Shown: positions 8,665 through 18,032 of the stretch, piece by piece
Layout of the letters: the number at the start of each line of letters is the position of its first letter
Numbering within the stretch: the first letter of the stretch is position 1
Assembly: GCA_964507275.1 (NCBI GenBank)
Contig: CAZDPG010000001.1
Coordinates: forward strand, 340,577 to 404,576
Length of the DNA stretch: 64,000 nucleotides
Direction: 5' to 3'
Source of the DNA: an uncultured Candidatus Saccharibacteria bacterium
GTDB taxonomy: Bacteria > Patescibacteriota > Minisyncoccia > Phycocordibacterales > Phycocordibacteraceae
Translations under genes and position numbers: made by a program
Notes under the pieces: model-generated
What the model was told of the DNA's origin: nothing
The model's database searches: none
What the model saw: the letters and a program-made list of their open reading frames with translations, nothing else

Positions 8665-9816
8665 CTACCCATGAGAGCTCCTGTCAACAAACGCGACTGC
8701 CTCCGCAAGCGCGCTCGCAAAACGAGCTAATTCACGCGAAGAGACCCCAGCTCCCCAGGAGATTCTGAGTGTGGAGCGCGCCCGATCTTGGTCTCCGGTG
8801 AGAGCAAAGACCGCGCGCGATCCCTCCTCGGAATCTGTCTCGCAGGCGCTCCGTGTCGATACGGCAAAGCCGGCTTCGTCGAGAAGCGCAACAAGGTAAT
8901 CCGTATCTCGACCCGGCAATGAGAGATTGAGGATGTTCGGCACCTGGGTACGACCTTCGTTCACCTGCACATTCAGAACATCCTTCGTAATTGCCTTCAT
9001 AAGAAGATCGCGATTGCGTTTGGCAGATGTATGGAACGCATCACGATTGCGTACCGAAGCTTCGAGCGCTGCGGCGAACGATTGTGCAAGCTCGGGACTC
9101 TCTGTCCCCGGGCGAAGCCCGCGCTCCTGTCCCCCGCCCCGGTACAACGGGATGATAGGAATCGTCCGGTGCCTGATGAGAGCACCCATACCGCGTATCG
9201 GGCCCACTTTTGATGCATCAAGCGTGAGCAGGTCCGCGCCGAAATGATCGCGGGTAACTTTTTGGGTCAGTGGCGCCTGACTCGCATCGACATGGAGCAG
9301 TATCCGCGAATCAGCAGCTCCATCACGCACCTTCCCCAATACGAGAGCGACGTCGCGCGTATTCCACACCACGCCGGTCTCGCCACACACGGCATCCATC
9401 GAGACAAGCACGGTCTCCGGCCGGATCATTTCCGTGAGTGTTTCGATATCAACGCGATACTCTTTGATCGGGAGCTGTTCAACCGCTATTCCTTCCTCCT
9501 CCAGTAACTTCATATTCTCAGCAATCGAAGCATGAGCGCTCGGGAGATACAGAACATGCATGTTGTTCCTCCCGGCCGTGTCTGGTCCGGCGAGCGTGCG
9601 GAGCGAACGCACATGGCCGAGAATAGCGAGCGCATTCGCTTCGGTTGCACCGCTCGTAAACACGACATCATCGGCTTGCACCTCGACGAGCCGGGCAATA
9701 GCCATCCGGGCGTCCTCAAGGATCTTCTTCGCCTTCCTCCCCTCCTCATGGGGCGATGACGGGTTGCCGCCTACGCCAGCCGCCACGTCGAGATTCACCC
9801 TTTTCTTCCACAGCAT
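8665..9816 (-). CDS. Cysteine desulfurase (IscS/NifS family, class V PLP enzyme)
   Basis: FTSGATEAN, HVDASQ, GGGQERGLRPGT, STRSAC catalytic Cys, LRISWG. Confidence 0.88.
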   Translation of the reverse strand: MLWKKRVNLDVAAGVGGNPSSPHEEGRKAKKILEDARMAIARLVEVQADDVVFTSGATEANALAILGHVRSLRTLAGPDTAGRNNMHVLYLPSAHASIAENMKLLEEEGIAVEQLPIKEYRVDIETLTEMIRPETVLVSMDAVCGETGVVWNTRDVALVLGKVRDGAADSRILLHVDASQAPLTQKVTRDHFGADLLTLDASKVGPIRGMGALIRHRTIPIIPLYRGGGQERGLRPGTESPELAQSFAAALEASVRNRDAFHTSAKRNRDLLMKAITKDVLNVQVNEGRTQVPNILNLSLPGRDTDYLVALLDEAGFAVSTRSACETDSEEGSRAVFALTGDQDRARSTLRISWGAGVSSRELARFASALAEAVAFVDRSSHG

Positions 9817-9920
9817 AGATTCATTCTACACGACCGGGCGCACCCTAGTCTCTTTAAGACGATCGTGCTAAAACTACTCCGGACAATTCCTTTCAACCTC
9901 GTCAAAGTCAGGAGCTGGCA

Positions 9921-10352
9921 ATGAACTCGATTTACGAAAAAGATCCGCATGACACGGCCATCATCGTCCTCGTCGGGTGCGACACGTCAGACCTCGTCCT
10001 CATTCAGAGCCAACGTACAGGTCTCTGGAGATTCCCGGGAGACCGTATCCGCGCCGAGGACATCGATCCCGACCAGCCCCACAACCATGACCGGGCGGCG
10101 CGCAATGCCGTCTCTCGTGCCACGAAGAAACGAACCGGTCTCACGATAGAGAAAATGAAGTGCATCGTCGAAACGCAAAGATCTCTCGGCATGTTCTACG
10201 GCTACGTCGGACTTGCCGACTTTGGTGCATTCGCGCCGAACGGAGACGACAAGAACACGATGATCATCTCGTACGTGGCCCTGCCGTTCTCCTTCATGCC
10301 AATGATTCAGAGGATAGCCTTCGAGACGATAGATCGGTGGATACGGGAATGA
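9921..10352 (+). CDS. Hypothetical protein, degenerate NUDIX-like
   Basis: AGGAG SD before ATG; W.FPG...A..R.....TGL resembles a Nudix box lacking its Glu residues. Confidence 0.55.
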   Translation: MNSIYEKDPHDTAIIVLVGCDTSDLVLIQSQRTGLWRFPGDRIRAEDIDPDQPHNHDRAARNAVSRATKKRTGLTIEKMKCIVETQRSLGMFYGYVGLADFGAFAPNGDDKNTMIISYVALPFSFMPMIQRIAFETIDRWIRE

Positions 10353-10371
10353 AATCAAGAAGCAAGCTCAT

Positions 10372-10407
10372 AGCTCGACGGTTACCCAGCCGCCGAGCTT
10401 TTTGTTT
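10372..10407 (+). terminator. Intrinsic terminator
   Basis: AGCTCGACGGTT-accc-AGCCGCCGAGCT followed by a T-run. Confidence 0.6.
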
Positions 10408-10447
10408 AATTGTAAAAATGTCATTTTTGTGATGAAATAGAGCCATT

Positions 10448-11917
10448 ATGGCGCGGACAGCACGACCGCCCGTCATCGCGGTGATGGGCCATATAGACCA
10501 TGGGAAATCCTCGCTTCTCGATTACATTCGGAAGGCGAATATCGTCGCGGGTGAGGCAGGTGGCATCACGCAACATGTCGCCGCATATATCGCACGCCAC
10601 GACGACCGTCCAGTCACCTTCCTCGACACTCCCGGCCATGAAGCCTTTAAAGCCCTTCGCACCCGCGGAGCAGCAGCTGCCGACATCAGTATCCTCGTCG
10701 TGGCAGCTGATGAGGGCGTGATGCCGCAGACACTCGACGCGCTTGCTGCCATACAAGAAGCGAAGATTCCATACATCGTCGCAATTACAAAGATCGACAA
10801 GAACAATGCGGATATTGAGCGGACGAAAATGTCCCTCGTCGAGCACGGCATCTATATCGAGGGCATGGGCGGCGACATCGCCTACGCACCAATATCGTCG
10901 AAGACCGGCGATGGCATCACGGAACTACTCGACCTCGTCGTTCTCGCGGCGGATATTGCGGAACTCACAGCTGAGACAGACGCACCTGCAACTGGCTTCG
11001 TGCTTGAGTCCACTCAGGACCCGAAGCGCGGTGCATCAGCGACGCTCATCATAAAAGACGGCACTCTCACACTCGATGGATTCGTCGTCGCCGGTGATGC
11101 CTATGCGCCAATACGATTCATCGAGGACTGGAGTGGAAAGAGAGTTGAACAAGCGGGACCATCTGAACCGGTGCGCATCTCCGGATTCAGCAAGCTCCCT
11201 GCAGCAGGATCGCTCTTCACCATCGCGAAGAACAAGAAAGAAGCGGAAGCGCTTGCTGCCGAGCACGCGAAGTTGCTCGCGGTGACACCTGAGCGCGTCG
11301 CAACGGCCGAAGGCATCGCCGAACTCCCACTCATCGTGAAGGCAGACGTCGCCGGATCGATCGATGCTATCGTTCACGAACTCAAGAAGATAACGCATGA
11401 GCGAGCTATCATCCGCATCATTGCGGCGGGCGTCGGCAACGTCTCAGAAAATGACGTGAACACCGCACATGCTTCCGGTGGTGTTGTCATTGCGTTCAAT
11501 GTGGGGACCGACTCTATCGCCCGCGACCGCGCCGAGCGCGAAAGCATCGCGATCTACCCTTTTTCGATCATCTACGAGTTATCAGAGAAGGTGGCAACGC
11601 TCCTCAATGAGCGCGCGCCGTCAGTGTCGACCGACAAGGAGCTCGGTCGCGCGAAGGTATTGAAAGCCTTTTCTTCGAGCGCCAAGAAGCACGTGCTCGG
11701 CGCGCGACACCTGTCCGGCGCGCTCTCGCTCGGGGACCGAATCAAGCTCACGCGCGGGGAGACCGAGCTCGCGCGTGGCAGCATCACGAACTTGCAGCAA
11801 GCCCGCGCGGACGTGAAGGAGATAAAGGTCGAGGGCGATTTCGGCATCGAGATCGAGTCGCGCGAGCCAGCAGTCTACGGCGACGAAATCATCGCATTCG
11901 CCGTCACCGAGGCATGA
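10448..11917 (+). CDS. infB: Translation initiation factor IF-2 (short form, no N-terminal domain)
   Basis: [37 protein letters not shown]. Confidence 0.96.
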   Translation: MARTARPPVIAVMGHIDHGKSSLLDYIRKANIVAGEAGGITQHVAAYIARHDDRPVTFLDTPGHEAFKALRTRGAAAADISILVVAADEGVMPQTLDALAAIQEAKIPYIVAITKIDKNNADIERTKMSLVEHGIYIEGMGGDIAYAPISSKTGDGITELLDLVVLAADIAELTAETDAPATGFVLESTQDPKRGASATLIIKDGTLTLDGFVVAGDAYAPIRFIEDWSGKRVEQAGPSEPVRISGFSKLPAAGSLFTIAKNKKEAEALAAEHAKLLAVTPERVATAEGIAELPLIVKADVAGSIDAIVHELKKITHERAIIRIIAAGVGNVSENDVNTAHASGGVVIAFNVGTDSIARDRAERESIAIYPFSIIYELSEKVATLLNERAPSVSTDKELGRAKVLKAFSSSAKKHVLGARHLSGALSLGDRIKLTRGETELARGSITNLQQARADVKEIKVEGDFGIEIESREPAVYGDEIIAFAVTEA

Positions 11918-12243
11918 TGAAGCCCGCTGATCGTAAGGGTCGCGTGACCGAGATCATCGCGCGCGAAGCGGCGCAATTCATCACCCGCGAAGCCGGAAGC
12001 GGTTCCTTGATCACCGTCATCCGCGCAGAGTCAGTCGCGCATGGCGACCGCGTCCTCGTGTTCGTGAGCATCTTCCCCGAAGACAAGGCTCAGTCCGCGC
12101 TCGCCTTCCTCGAACGGCACCGCGAAGCATTTTCTGACCACCTGAAATCACATGCGCGCCTGCGCCCCCTGCCCCGCATTGAATTCCTGCTCGATAACCG
12201 CGAAGTAACCGGAGCACCAGCACCACTGCCCGAACAGTTGTAA
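11914..12243 (+). CDS. rbfA: Ribosome-binding factor A
   Basis: Overlaps the infB stop; R.LPRIEF.LD C-terminal motif; conserved infB-rbfA order. Confidence 0.8.
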   Translation: MMKPADRKGRVTEIIAREAAQFITREAGSGSLITVIRAESVAHGDRVLVFVSIFPEDKAQSALAFLERHREAFSDHLKSHARLRPLPRIEFLLDNREVTGAPAPLPEQL

Positions 12244-12355
12244 TTTTCGTACTTTGTGACACAGTAGTCCCGGATTACATGAAGTAGCTCTACGGGCCGA
12301 AAGCTCGTTTAGCTGGGCCGGAAGCCCCATGGTCCTTTGATAGTGAGGTGAGAAA

Positions 12356-12991
12356 ATGAACAAACAGACGTTGCAGATGTTGGCGGACATGCCGCCAGAG
12401 ATGCTTGCGGCATGGGAGACTAGTTACCCTGCGAAGTGGAGCATCCGACATATCGCAAGAAACTACACGAGACGGAATATATTCTCTGCCCTCTTCGGTC
12501 TCGCATGGCTTTTCTTGCTGGCCGGAACGGCGACTACAGTCTTCCCCGAAGCGACGATGAATGTCGTGTGGGTGGTTCCGATATCCTTCGGTATCGTCAT
12601 TCTGTTCGCTGTAGGCATATTCCTGGAAGACAGGCTCATCAGCCACCGGACAGAACAAGATGCAATCATCAAATCGCTCGAGACGGCAGTGAAGGATTCG
12701 GATATCGATCTGCAGTTCTACCTTCAGCGTGGCTCTGACTCAAGACGTATCCGGGAGGCGGTGCACTTGCTTCTCGTAGGGGCTGCTCAAGCCGTTCTTG
12801 AGGGCGAGGAACGTTTCAATCGCTTGCGCAAAAAAGATAAGGTACCTGAAACAGAGATTGTCAGGGCCGGTCAGGATTTGCTCCAGCGCCGAGACGTCTT
12901 CAAAAACAGGCTCTTTCGAGCTATACAATTCGGCTTGAGTGACAAGAACTCGCAAAAGTACTTCAAGGAGGCAGCCAGTCAGCTCACTTGA
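12356..12991 (+). CDS. Hypothetical membrane protein (2 TM)
   Basis: GAGGTG SD, two hydrophobic segments, downstream hairpin at 13013-13042. Confidence 0.7.
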   Translation: MNKQTLQMLADMPPEMLAAWETSYPAKWSIRHIARNYTRRNIFSALFGLAWLFLLAGTATTVFPEATMNVVWVVPISFGIVILFAVGIFLEDRLISHRTEQDAIIKSLETAVKDSDIDLQFYLQRGSDSRRIREAVHLLLVGAAQAVLEGEERFNRLRKKDKVPETEIVRAGQDLLQRRDVFKNRLFRAIQFGLSDKNSQKYFKEAASQLT

Positions 12992-13067
12992 ACGAAAGTC
13001 GGTTCGACTTACGACGGCGGTCCCTGTGGCCGCCGTTTCTTATTTTCTCTGCTATATTTTAACTCAA

Positions 13068-13139
13068 GGCCAGGTGGTGAAGTGGTAACACAGCTCTCTG
13101 CAAAAGAGCGATGCGCGGGTTCAATTCCCGCCCTGGCCT
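13068..13139 (+). tRNA. tRNA-Cys(GCA)
   Basis: GGCCAGG/CCTGGCC acceptor stem, GCTCT-CTGCAAA-AGAGC anticodon arm, U73 discriminator. Confidence 0.93.
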
Positions 13140-13205
13140 CAAAATAAAGGCACACGCATGTGGATAGTTGTGCATATTGCTCTACCAGTATGGCATAATC
13201 AATAT

Positions 13206-13715
13206 ATGGACCGTCGTCGAACCTGGAACCTTCTACAGCTCCGTAAGGCGGTCAAGACTTCTACGAGCACCCGACAAGTTATCAAGAAACTTGGCCTTGT
13301 TCCTGCTGGAGGTAATTATGTACAAGTTTCTAAAGCAATCAGTGATCAGAAATTGAGTACATCTCATTTCAAGGGACAAGGATGGAACAGAGGGATGAAG
13401 GTCCCTAAGGAGCCGATTTACAAACTGGAAGAGATTTTAGTTCCTAATGGTCACTATAATTCATATCGTCTAAAACAACGTCTCTTCAAGGAGGGGCTTA
13501 AAACAGCGGAATGTGAAGAATGCGGGTGGGCTCAAATGAGCCCCGATGGACGCACACCAGTTGAAATCGACCATATAAATGGAAATCACTCTGATAATCG
13601 AATCGAGAACTTGCGCATCCTCTGCCCCAATTGTCATAGCTTAAAACCCACTCATCGTGGTAAAAATAAGGGTGTCAGCCGGAGTGGCGAAATTGGTCAG
13701 ACGCATCGGGCTTAA
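13206..13715 (+). CDS. HNH endonuclease (free-standing, homing-endonuclease-like)
   Basis: CEECG...EIDHINGNHSDNRIENLRILCPNCH; visibly AT-richer than the flanks; 3' end overlaps tRNA-Leu. Confidence 0.9.
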   Translation: MDRRRTWNLLQLRKAVKTSTSTRQVIKKLGLVPAGGNYVQVSKAISDQKLSTSHFKGQGWNRGMKVPKEPIYKLEEILVPNGHYNSYRLKQRLFKEGLKTAECEECGWAQMSPDGRTPVEIDHINGNHSDNRIENLRILCPNCHSLKPTHRGKNKGVSRSGEIGQTHRA

Positions 13716-13768
13716 AACCCGAAGAGAGCCTAAAAACCCTCGTGTGGGTTCGAGTCCCACCTCCGGCA
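13678..13768 (+). tRNA. tRNA-Leu(TAA)
   Basis: GCCGGAG/CTCCGGC acceptor stem, TCGGG-CTTAAAA-CCCGA anticodon arm, long variable arm. Confidence 0.92.
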
Positions 13769-13817
13769 CAAAGTTCTATTGAAGAGAATGCATTCATCGT
13801 GTAAAGTTTCTTCTATT

Positions 13818-13890
13818 GCACCTATAGCTCAGTTGGTAGAGCAGCTCCCTCTTAAGGAGACGGTCCCAGGTTCGAGCCCTGGTAGGTGCA
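13818..13890 (+). tRNA. tRNA-Lys(CTT)
   Basis: GCACCTA/TAGGTGC acceptor stem, CTCC-CTCTTAA-GGAG anticodon arm. Confidence 0.92.
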
Positions 13891-13932
13891 CAAAACGAGT
13901 ATAGGCCTGGTATAGTGCTTCTTACGCAGTCT

Positions 13933-14014
13933 GCTGGGATGGCGAAATTGGTAGACGCACTAGCCTTAGGAGCTAGCGGGGCAACCCATGGAGGTTCGAG
14001 TCCTCTTCCCAGCA
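13933..14014 (+). tRNA. tRNA-Leu(TAG)
   Basis: GCTGGGA/TCCCAGC acceptor stem, CTAGC-CTTAGGA-GCTAG anticodon arm. Confidence 0.93.
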
Positions 14015-14016
14015 CT

Positions 14017-14044
14017 TGACTTTCTCATAGTTTTGTGTATTATG
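14017..14044 (+). promoter_or_regulatory. Putative sigma70 promoter
   Basis: TTGACT-16 nt-TATTAT upstream of the SD-led gene at 14094. Confidence 0.55.
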
Positions 14045-14093
14045 CGCTCTAGAGCGCAGATCTTTCTGCTGCCCATACTTCAAGGAGAAAACC

Positions 14094-15437
14094 ATGTTCA
14101 AGGAGATTCTAATCATCGGCGGGCTGGTGGTGGTAATCGCCATTCTGACGCTCGCCATAATCCTGCTACTGTCGAATCTTGGCGCTTACTTCACAAAGAT
14201 AGCCCAGGGCACGACGGTCTTCATCAGTGCCGGCGAAAGCCTGCAGGACATCCTGCCGAATATCGGCGGATACAGAATGTCCAATGATCAAGACATCGAC
14301 GGGCGTCATTGGCTCGTCGCGGAAGCAACTGAAGAAAAGAGGCTCGCCGCGTTTTTCCACAACGCTCAGAAAGGAACCGTATGGTTTCAAAAATGGCTTT
14401 GGAAAAAATTCGGTGTAAAGCTCATCAGCTTGTTCTGGCCCCACACCAATGTCCATTCGTTCGACATACGGAAAGGAGGCCGGAGGAGGATTGAAGCACG
14501 CACAGAAGTCGGGCCTGAAGCCCCTCTCCGATCCCGCGTGATAGATTCACCTGAAAAAAGCACCCTTGTCAGTTCCCTTCTCTTCATGGTGCCTCGACCG
14601 ATATATGTGGAGGGAATCGAGCTTGCGGGGGACAACTCAAGAATCAACCTTCTGCTTCTTCCCGTCTTCCGACAGGTCATCCCGGCCTTACCGGTGTATT
14701 ACCTCAAGGGCGACTTCTTCACCCTGATTGATGCGGCCGTAGAAGCCGCCATGGTCGATTTTTTCGCCCGACACCGCGTAGCGGTGTATAAGGATGGTGA
14801 GAAAAAGGGGCAGTTTGCTATGGACTCCTACGAGTCCTCGCAAGCGGAACACGAGGAGAGCCCCCTGACCTACTCCCTCTGGCTAAAGCTCACCAAGGCT
14901 GGTGAAGGATCGCCGATGGAGAAGAAACTTCGCAATCTCAACGTAAGCAAAGAGTATCTTGCCAAGTTGAAGGCGGATGGGGGAAAGGAGGAGCTTGTCG
15001 ATTACATCAAAAAACACCTGATTGTCGGTGAGCCAACCGACGTGCCATCGGCGAGCGCAATCTCTGGGATGATTCCAAACGGAATTGTCCCTCGATTCGG
15101 GTTCGCCTTGGTAAGTTTCAGAGTAGTCGAATGGGAAGCTCACAAGAGCACGGTCGCTCTAGCTGAATCTCTTCTGGCAAAGGAAATAGAGCTTCACACG
15201 GCAGAAGGCGTTCGGCAGAAGGCAATCGGGGAAGGGGCCGCTATCCTAGAGCGATCTGCGGCGGAATCAAGCCGTTATGAGCGGCTCTTGAAAGCCCTCG
15301 TCGACAAGGGAGTAACTCCAGATGTCGCTGCCCAAGTCATAGCAACACAGCTCCGGACGGAAAACATCCGGGATGGCAAAGTCACAACCTATGTCGAAGG
15401 GGCGGCGTCGGCCACAGTGATGGTTCCTACCGCCTGA
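14094..15437 (+). CDS. Membrane-anchored protein, possibly a divergent SPFH/band-7 family member
   Basis: AAGGAG SD, N-terminal TM, GFALVSFRV strand followed by an Ala/Glu-rich coiled coil (TAEGVRQKAIGEG). Confidence 0.55.
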   Translation: MFKEILIIGGLVVVIAILTLAIILLLSNLGAYFTKIAQGTTVFISAGESLQDILPNIGGYRMSNDQDIDGRHWLVAEATEEKRLAAFFHNAQKGTVWFQKWLWKKFGVKLISLFWPHTNVHSFDIRKGGRRRIEARTEVGPEAPLRSRVIDSPEKSTLVSSLLFMVPRPIYVEGIELAGDNSRINLLLLPVFRQVIPALPVYYLKGDFFTLIDAAVEAAMVDFFARHRVAVYKDGEKKGQFAMDSYESSQAEHEESPLTYSLWLKLTKAGEGSPMEKKLRNLNVSKEYLAKLKADGGKEELVDYIKKHLIVGEPTDVPSASAISGMIPNGIVPRFGFALVSFRVVEWEAHKSTVALAESLLAKEIELHTAEGVRQKAIGEGAAILERSAAESSRYERLLKALVDKGVTPDVAAQVIATQLRTENIRDGKVTTYVEGAASATVMVPTA

Positions 15438-15464
15438 ACCTCGACACAACAAGGAGGGTGCAAT

Positions 15465-16112
15465 ATGAAGTTCTTACTTACTGCGGCCATATCTCTGGCC
15501 GCGATTGCCCTGTTTCTTGGGGTGGTGAACATGCTTAAATCAAGGAAGCAAACAGGAAATGGCGATGGGTGGTGGTCCATGAAATACTTATGGGTCATTC
15601 CCCTCATCCTCGTCGGTGTTGCAATCTTCTACTTTGGGGTAAATCCATTGGGCTGGAAGTCGCCAAGTCTTGTGGATGTGGTTGCCATGAAGAACGCTTA
15701 CTGGTTCCACATCCTCATCGTCCTCGGCGTTGTCTACTTTCTCGCCGCCCGTTCGGAAGAAAAAGTGGCGAAGGAAACGGCAACCGCTGTCCTGGCAATC
15801 TCGGCATTCATGCTCTTCATCGGGTTCCCGGTGTGGGTGTGGGTCACAGGACCGAGCACGGCAGTAGCCGCAAGCGAAGCACGAGTGCTCTCGATGCCGC
15901 CTGGCGGGAAGTCAGCACGCATTCCCGTTCCGTACCAAAAGCAAGTCGTGATGGATGGGAAAGACTTCCGCTATCACTGCGTGTATCAGGACGGACGCGA
16001 GGAGTCATTCGGGGAAGGAGAGCGTCCGTGTACGAGCGGCAACCTGCCGTTCGTCTACGCGACGAACCTCCGGGAGAAGGAAAGTAATGTGGTCACCTAC
16101 TCCTACAAGTAA
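15465..16112 (+). CDS. Hypothetical membrane protein (about 4 TM plus a soluble C-terminal domain)
   Basis: AAGGAGG SD; hydrophobic segments; two Cys in the C-terminal domain. Confidence 0.72.
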   Translation: MKFLLTAAISLAAIALFLGVVNMLKSRKQTGNGDGWWSMKYLWVIPLILVGVAIFYFGVNPLGWKSPSLVDVVAMKNAYWFHILIVLGVVYFLAARSEEKVAKETATAVLAISAFMLFIGFPVWVWVTGPSTAVAASEARVLSMPPGGKSARIPVPYQKQVVMDGKDFRYHCVYQDGREESFGEGERPCTSGNLPFVYATNLREKESNVVTYSYK

Positions 16113-16134
16113 TTTGGCCAGAAGTTCTTTGGCA

Positions 16135-16170
16135 AAAGCCGCACGGTACTCCCGCGCGGCTTTTTTCTTT
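16135..16170 (+). terminator. Intrinsic terminator
   Basis: AAAGCCGCACGG...CCGCGCGGCTTTTTT. Confidence 0.65.
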
Positions 16171-16184
16171 TCTCTGTCCTTTTC

Positions 16185-16457
16185 TTAGTGACCGGTTATT
16201 TTCGTAATCGGCGTAATGCCGAATGTGCCGAGCGCGAGATTGATGAGACCGTAGGCACCGAAGATGATCACGAGCCCGACGAGACCCCAGAGGATGGCAC
16301 TACGCCCTTCGACCCGCTTCCCTTCGTCACCCGCGTGAACGATGAACTCGAATACGCCCCAAAGAAACGCCACGAATGCAGTCGCCGCAAGAAGCAGGAT
16401 AATCGGGTTGATTATCTGCACGACAACCTTCTCAAGAAATGTTTCGAGGACTGGCAT
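16185..16457 (-). CDS. TrbC/VirB2-like pilin family protein (array copy 6)
   Basis: NPII.LL...AF.AFLWG...EGRS.ILWGLVG two-TM hairpin. Confidence 0.75.
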   Translation of the reverse strand: MPVLETFLEKVVVQIINPIILLLAATAFVAFLWGVFEFIVHAGDEGKRVEGRSAILWGLVGLVIIFGAYGLINLALGTFGITPITKITGH

Positions 16458-16835
16458 TTAGCCGCCAATCTGGACACCAGCTTTCGGTGTACCGCCTGAT
16501 ACGCCCGACGTATTGCTGAAGCTGACCGTGCCCGTGAGGATGTTGACGAGACCCCAGACAGAAACCATCACGAAGAAACCGATGAGACCCCAGAGCATGA
16601 GGTTCTTGCCCTTCTCCTTCACGTCATCAGAGTTAGCTCCCAGGATGAACGTCGTGAACGCACCCCAGATGAAGACGATAAACGCGACCGCGAAGAGTAC
16701 CGGAACGAGCACGTTGTTAATGATATTGATAATGAAAGAACCGACGTCTGCGATGTTCCCTATCGCGGCATATGAGATGAGTGGCAAAGCGAAGGCGGCG
16801 AATGTTCCAGTGGTCAGGGCGAGAGCTTTTTTCAT
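16458..16835 (-). CDS. TrbC/VirB2-like pilin family protein (array copy 5)
   Basis: Signal peptide; VPVLFAVAFIVFIWG...KGKNLMLWGLIGFFVMVSVWG. Confidence 0.8.
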   Translation of the reverse strand: MKKALALTTGTFAAFALPLISYAAIGNIADVGSFIINIINNVLVPVLFAVAFIVFIWGAFTTFILGANSDDVKEKGKNLMLWGLIGFFVMVSVWGLVNILTGTVSFSNTSGVSGGTPKAGVQIGG

Positions 16836-16925
16836 AGAATGAGTGAACGGTTAATAGAGTAATTGTAGCCTGTGGGCGATACGGGTCAATGCACCTGTGT
16901 CCGACGTGTGGATAAGCCGAGCTTC

Positions 16926-17291
16926 CTAAAGGGTTGGGTAGTTCGGGGCCGTCCCTCCGGCTGAGAGACCGAACGTGCTTCCTACGACCGCGACGAGGCC
17001 CCACATCGAGAGTATGACGACGAACCCAATGATGCCCCAGAAGACGAAGTCCCGACCTTCCTTGCGCGATTCTTCTTTGGTCGCACCGAGGATGAAGTAT
17101 TTATATACGCCCCAGAGGAACGTCAAGAACGCGAGGGCGAAGAGTACCGGCACGAACACGTTGTTGATGATATTGATGATGCTCGAAGAATACCCAGTAA
17201 CGATACCCATATTGATGCCCGTACCTTGGGCAGACGCGAGAAGAGGGGCAGCAAACGTAAGCGGTGCGATGAGCCAGGAGATCTTTTTCAT
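16926..17291 (-). CDS. TrbC/VirB2-like pilin family protein (array copy 4)
   Basis: Start MKKISW; signal peptide ASA; VPVLFALAFLTFLWG...EGRDFVFWGIIG. Confidence 0.8.
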   Translation of the reverse strand: MKKISWLIAPLTFAAPLLASAQGTGINMGIVTGYSSSIINIINNVFVPVLFALAFLTFLWGVYKYFILGATKEESRKEGRDFVFWGIIGFVVILSMWGLVAVVGSTFGLSAGGTAPNYPTL

Positions 17292-17296
17292 ACTTC

Positions 17297-17740
17297 CTAA
17301 TACGATCGCGGCAATTGAGGCGCACCAGCACCAGTAAGTCCGAAAGTGTTTGCGACGACATTCACGAGACCCCAGAGCGACACCATCACGACGAACCCTA
17401 TGAGGCCCCAAAGAACCAGCTTATGCCCTTCTTCAACCTCGCCCGGCTCACCATGAGAAAAGATGTACGCTTTGGCGATGCCGTACAGGAACGTGAGGAA
17501 TGCAACCGCGAAGAGTACTGGCACGAGGATGCCATTTATGATGTAGAGGATTGTGGAAGCGACGCAGCCGATACCGCCGGAACATGCACCGAAAAACGGT
17601 CCCGATGCTGAGATAAAGCCGTATGAATAGCCGGTGTTTACCGTCTGCGGACCGCCACCGACCCCGACCGTCTGCGCGAGCGCGAGCGCGGGAGTGAGAA
17701 ACACAGCAAGCGATGCGAGGATACGAGCGGGTATTTTCAT
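17297..17740 (-). CDS. TrbC/VirB2-like pilin family protein (array copy 3)
   Basis: Start MKIPAR; signal peptide ALA; CSGGIGC loop; VPVLFAVAF...EGHKLVLWGLIG. Confidence 0.8.
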   Translation of the reverse strand: MKIPARILASLAVFLTPALALAQTVGVGGGPQTVNTGYSYGFISASGPFFGACSGGIGCVASTILYIINGILVPVLFAVAFLTFLYGIAKAYIFSHGEPGEVEEGHKLVLWGLIGFVVMVSLWGLVNVVANTFGLTGAGAPQLPRSY

Positions 17741-17759
17741 ATGCGATAAGTATGACACA

Positions 17760-18029
17760 CTACACGCCTGATGCGATGCCGAGCGTGGATAACAGTATCT
17801 TGACGAAGCTCCAGACTGAGAGGAGTACGACAATGCCGATGATGCCCCAGAAGACGAACTGCCGGCCCTCGGCACGTTTCTCTTCACTGCCGCCATGGAA
17901 GAAGAAATAGTTTGCCACACCCCAAATGAACACAGCGAAGGAGAGCGAGAAGATAATCGGCACGATGACAAGATTGATGACGCCGATAATCCCGCTCGAG
18001 CTGCCGCCAATGAATTGCGCGAAGGTCAT
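17760..18029 (-). CDS. TrbC/VirB2-like pilin family protein (array copy 2)
   Basis: VPIIFSLSF..FIWG...EGRQFVFWGIIG. Confidence 0.75.
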   Translation of the reverse strand: MTFAQFIGGSSSGIIGVINLVIVPIIFSLSFAVFIWGVANYFFFHGGSEEKRAEGRQFVFWGIIGIVVLLSVWSFVKILLSTLGIASGV

Positions 18030-18032
18030 GAA

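Noticed and set aside
13794-14015. ORFs overlapping RNA genes (also 1239-1319, 35226-35429, 51996-52446, 56060-56311, 62388-62905)
   Set aside because: They are translations of tRNA or RNase P RNA sequence
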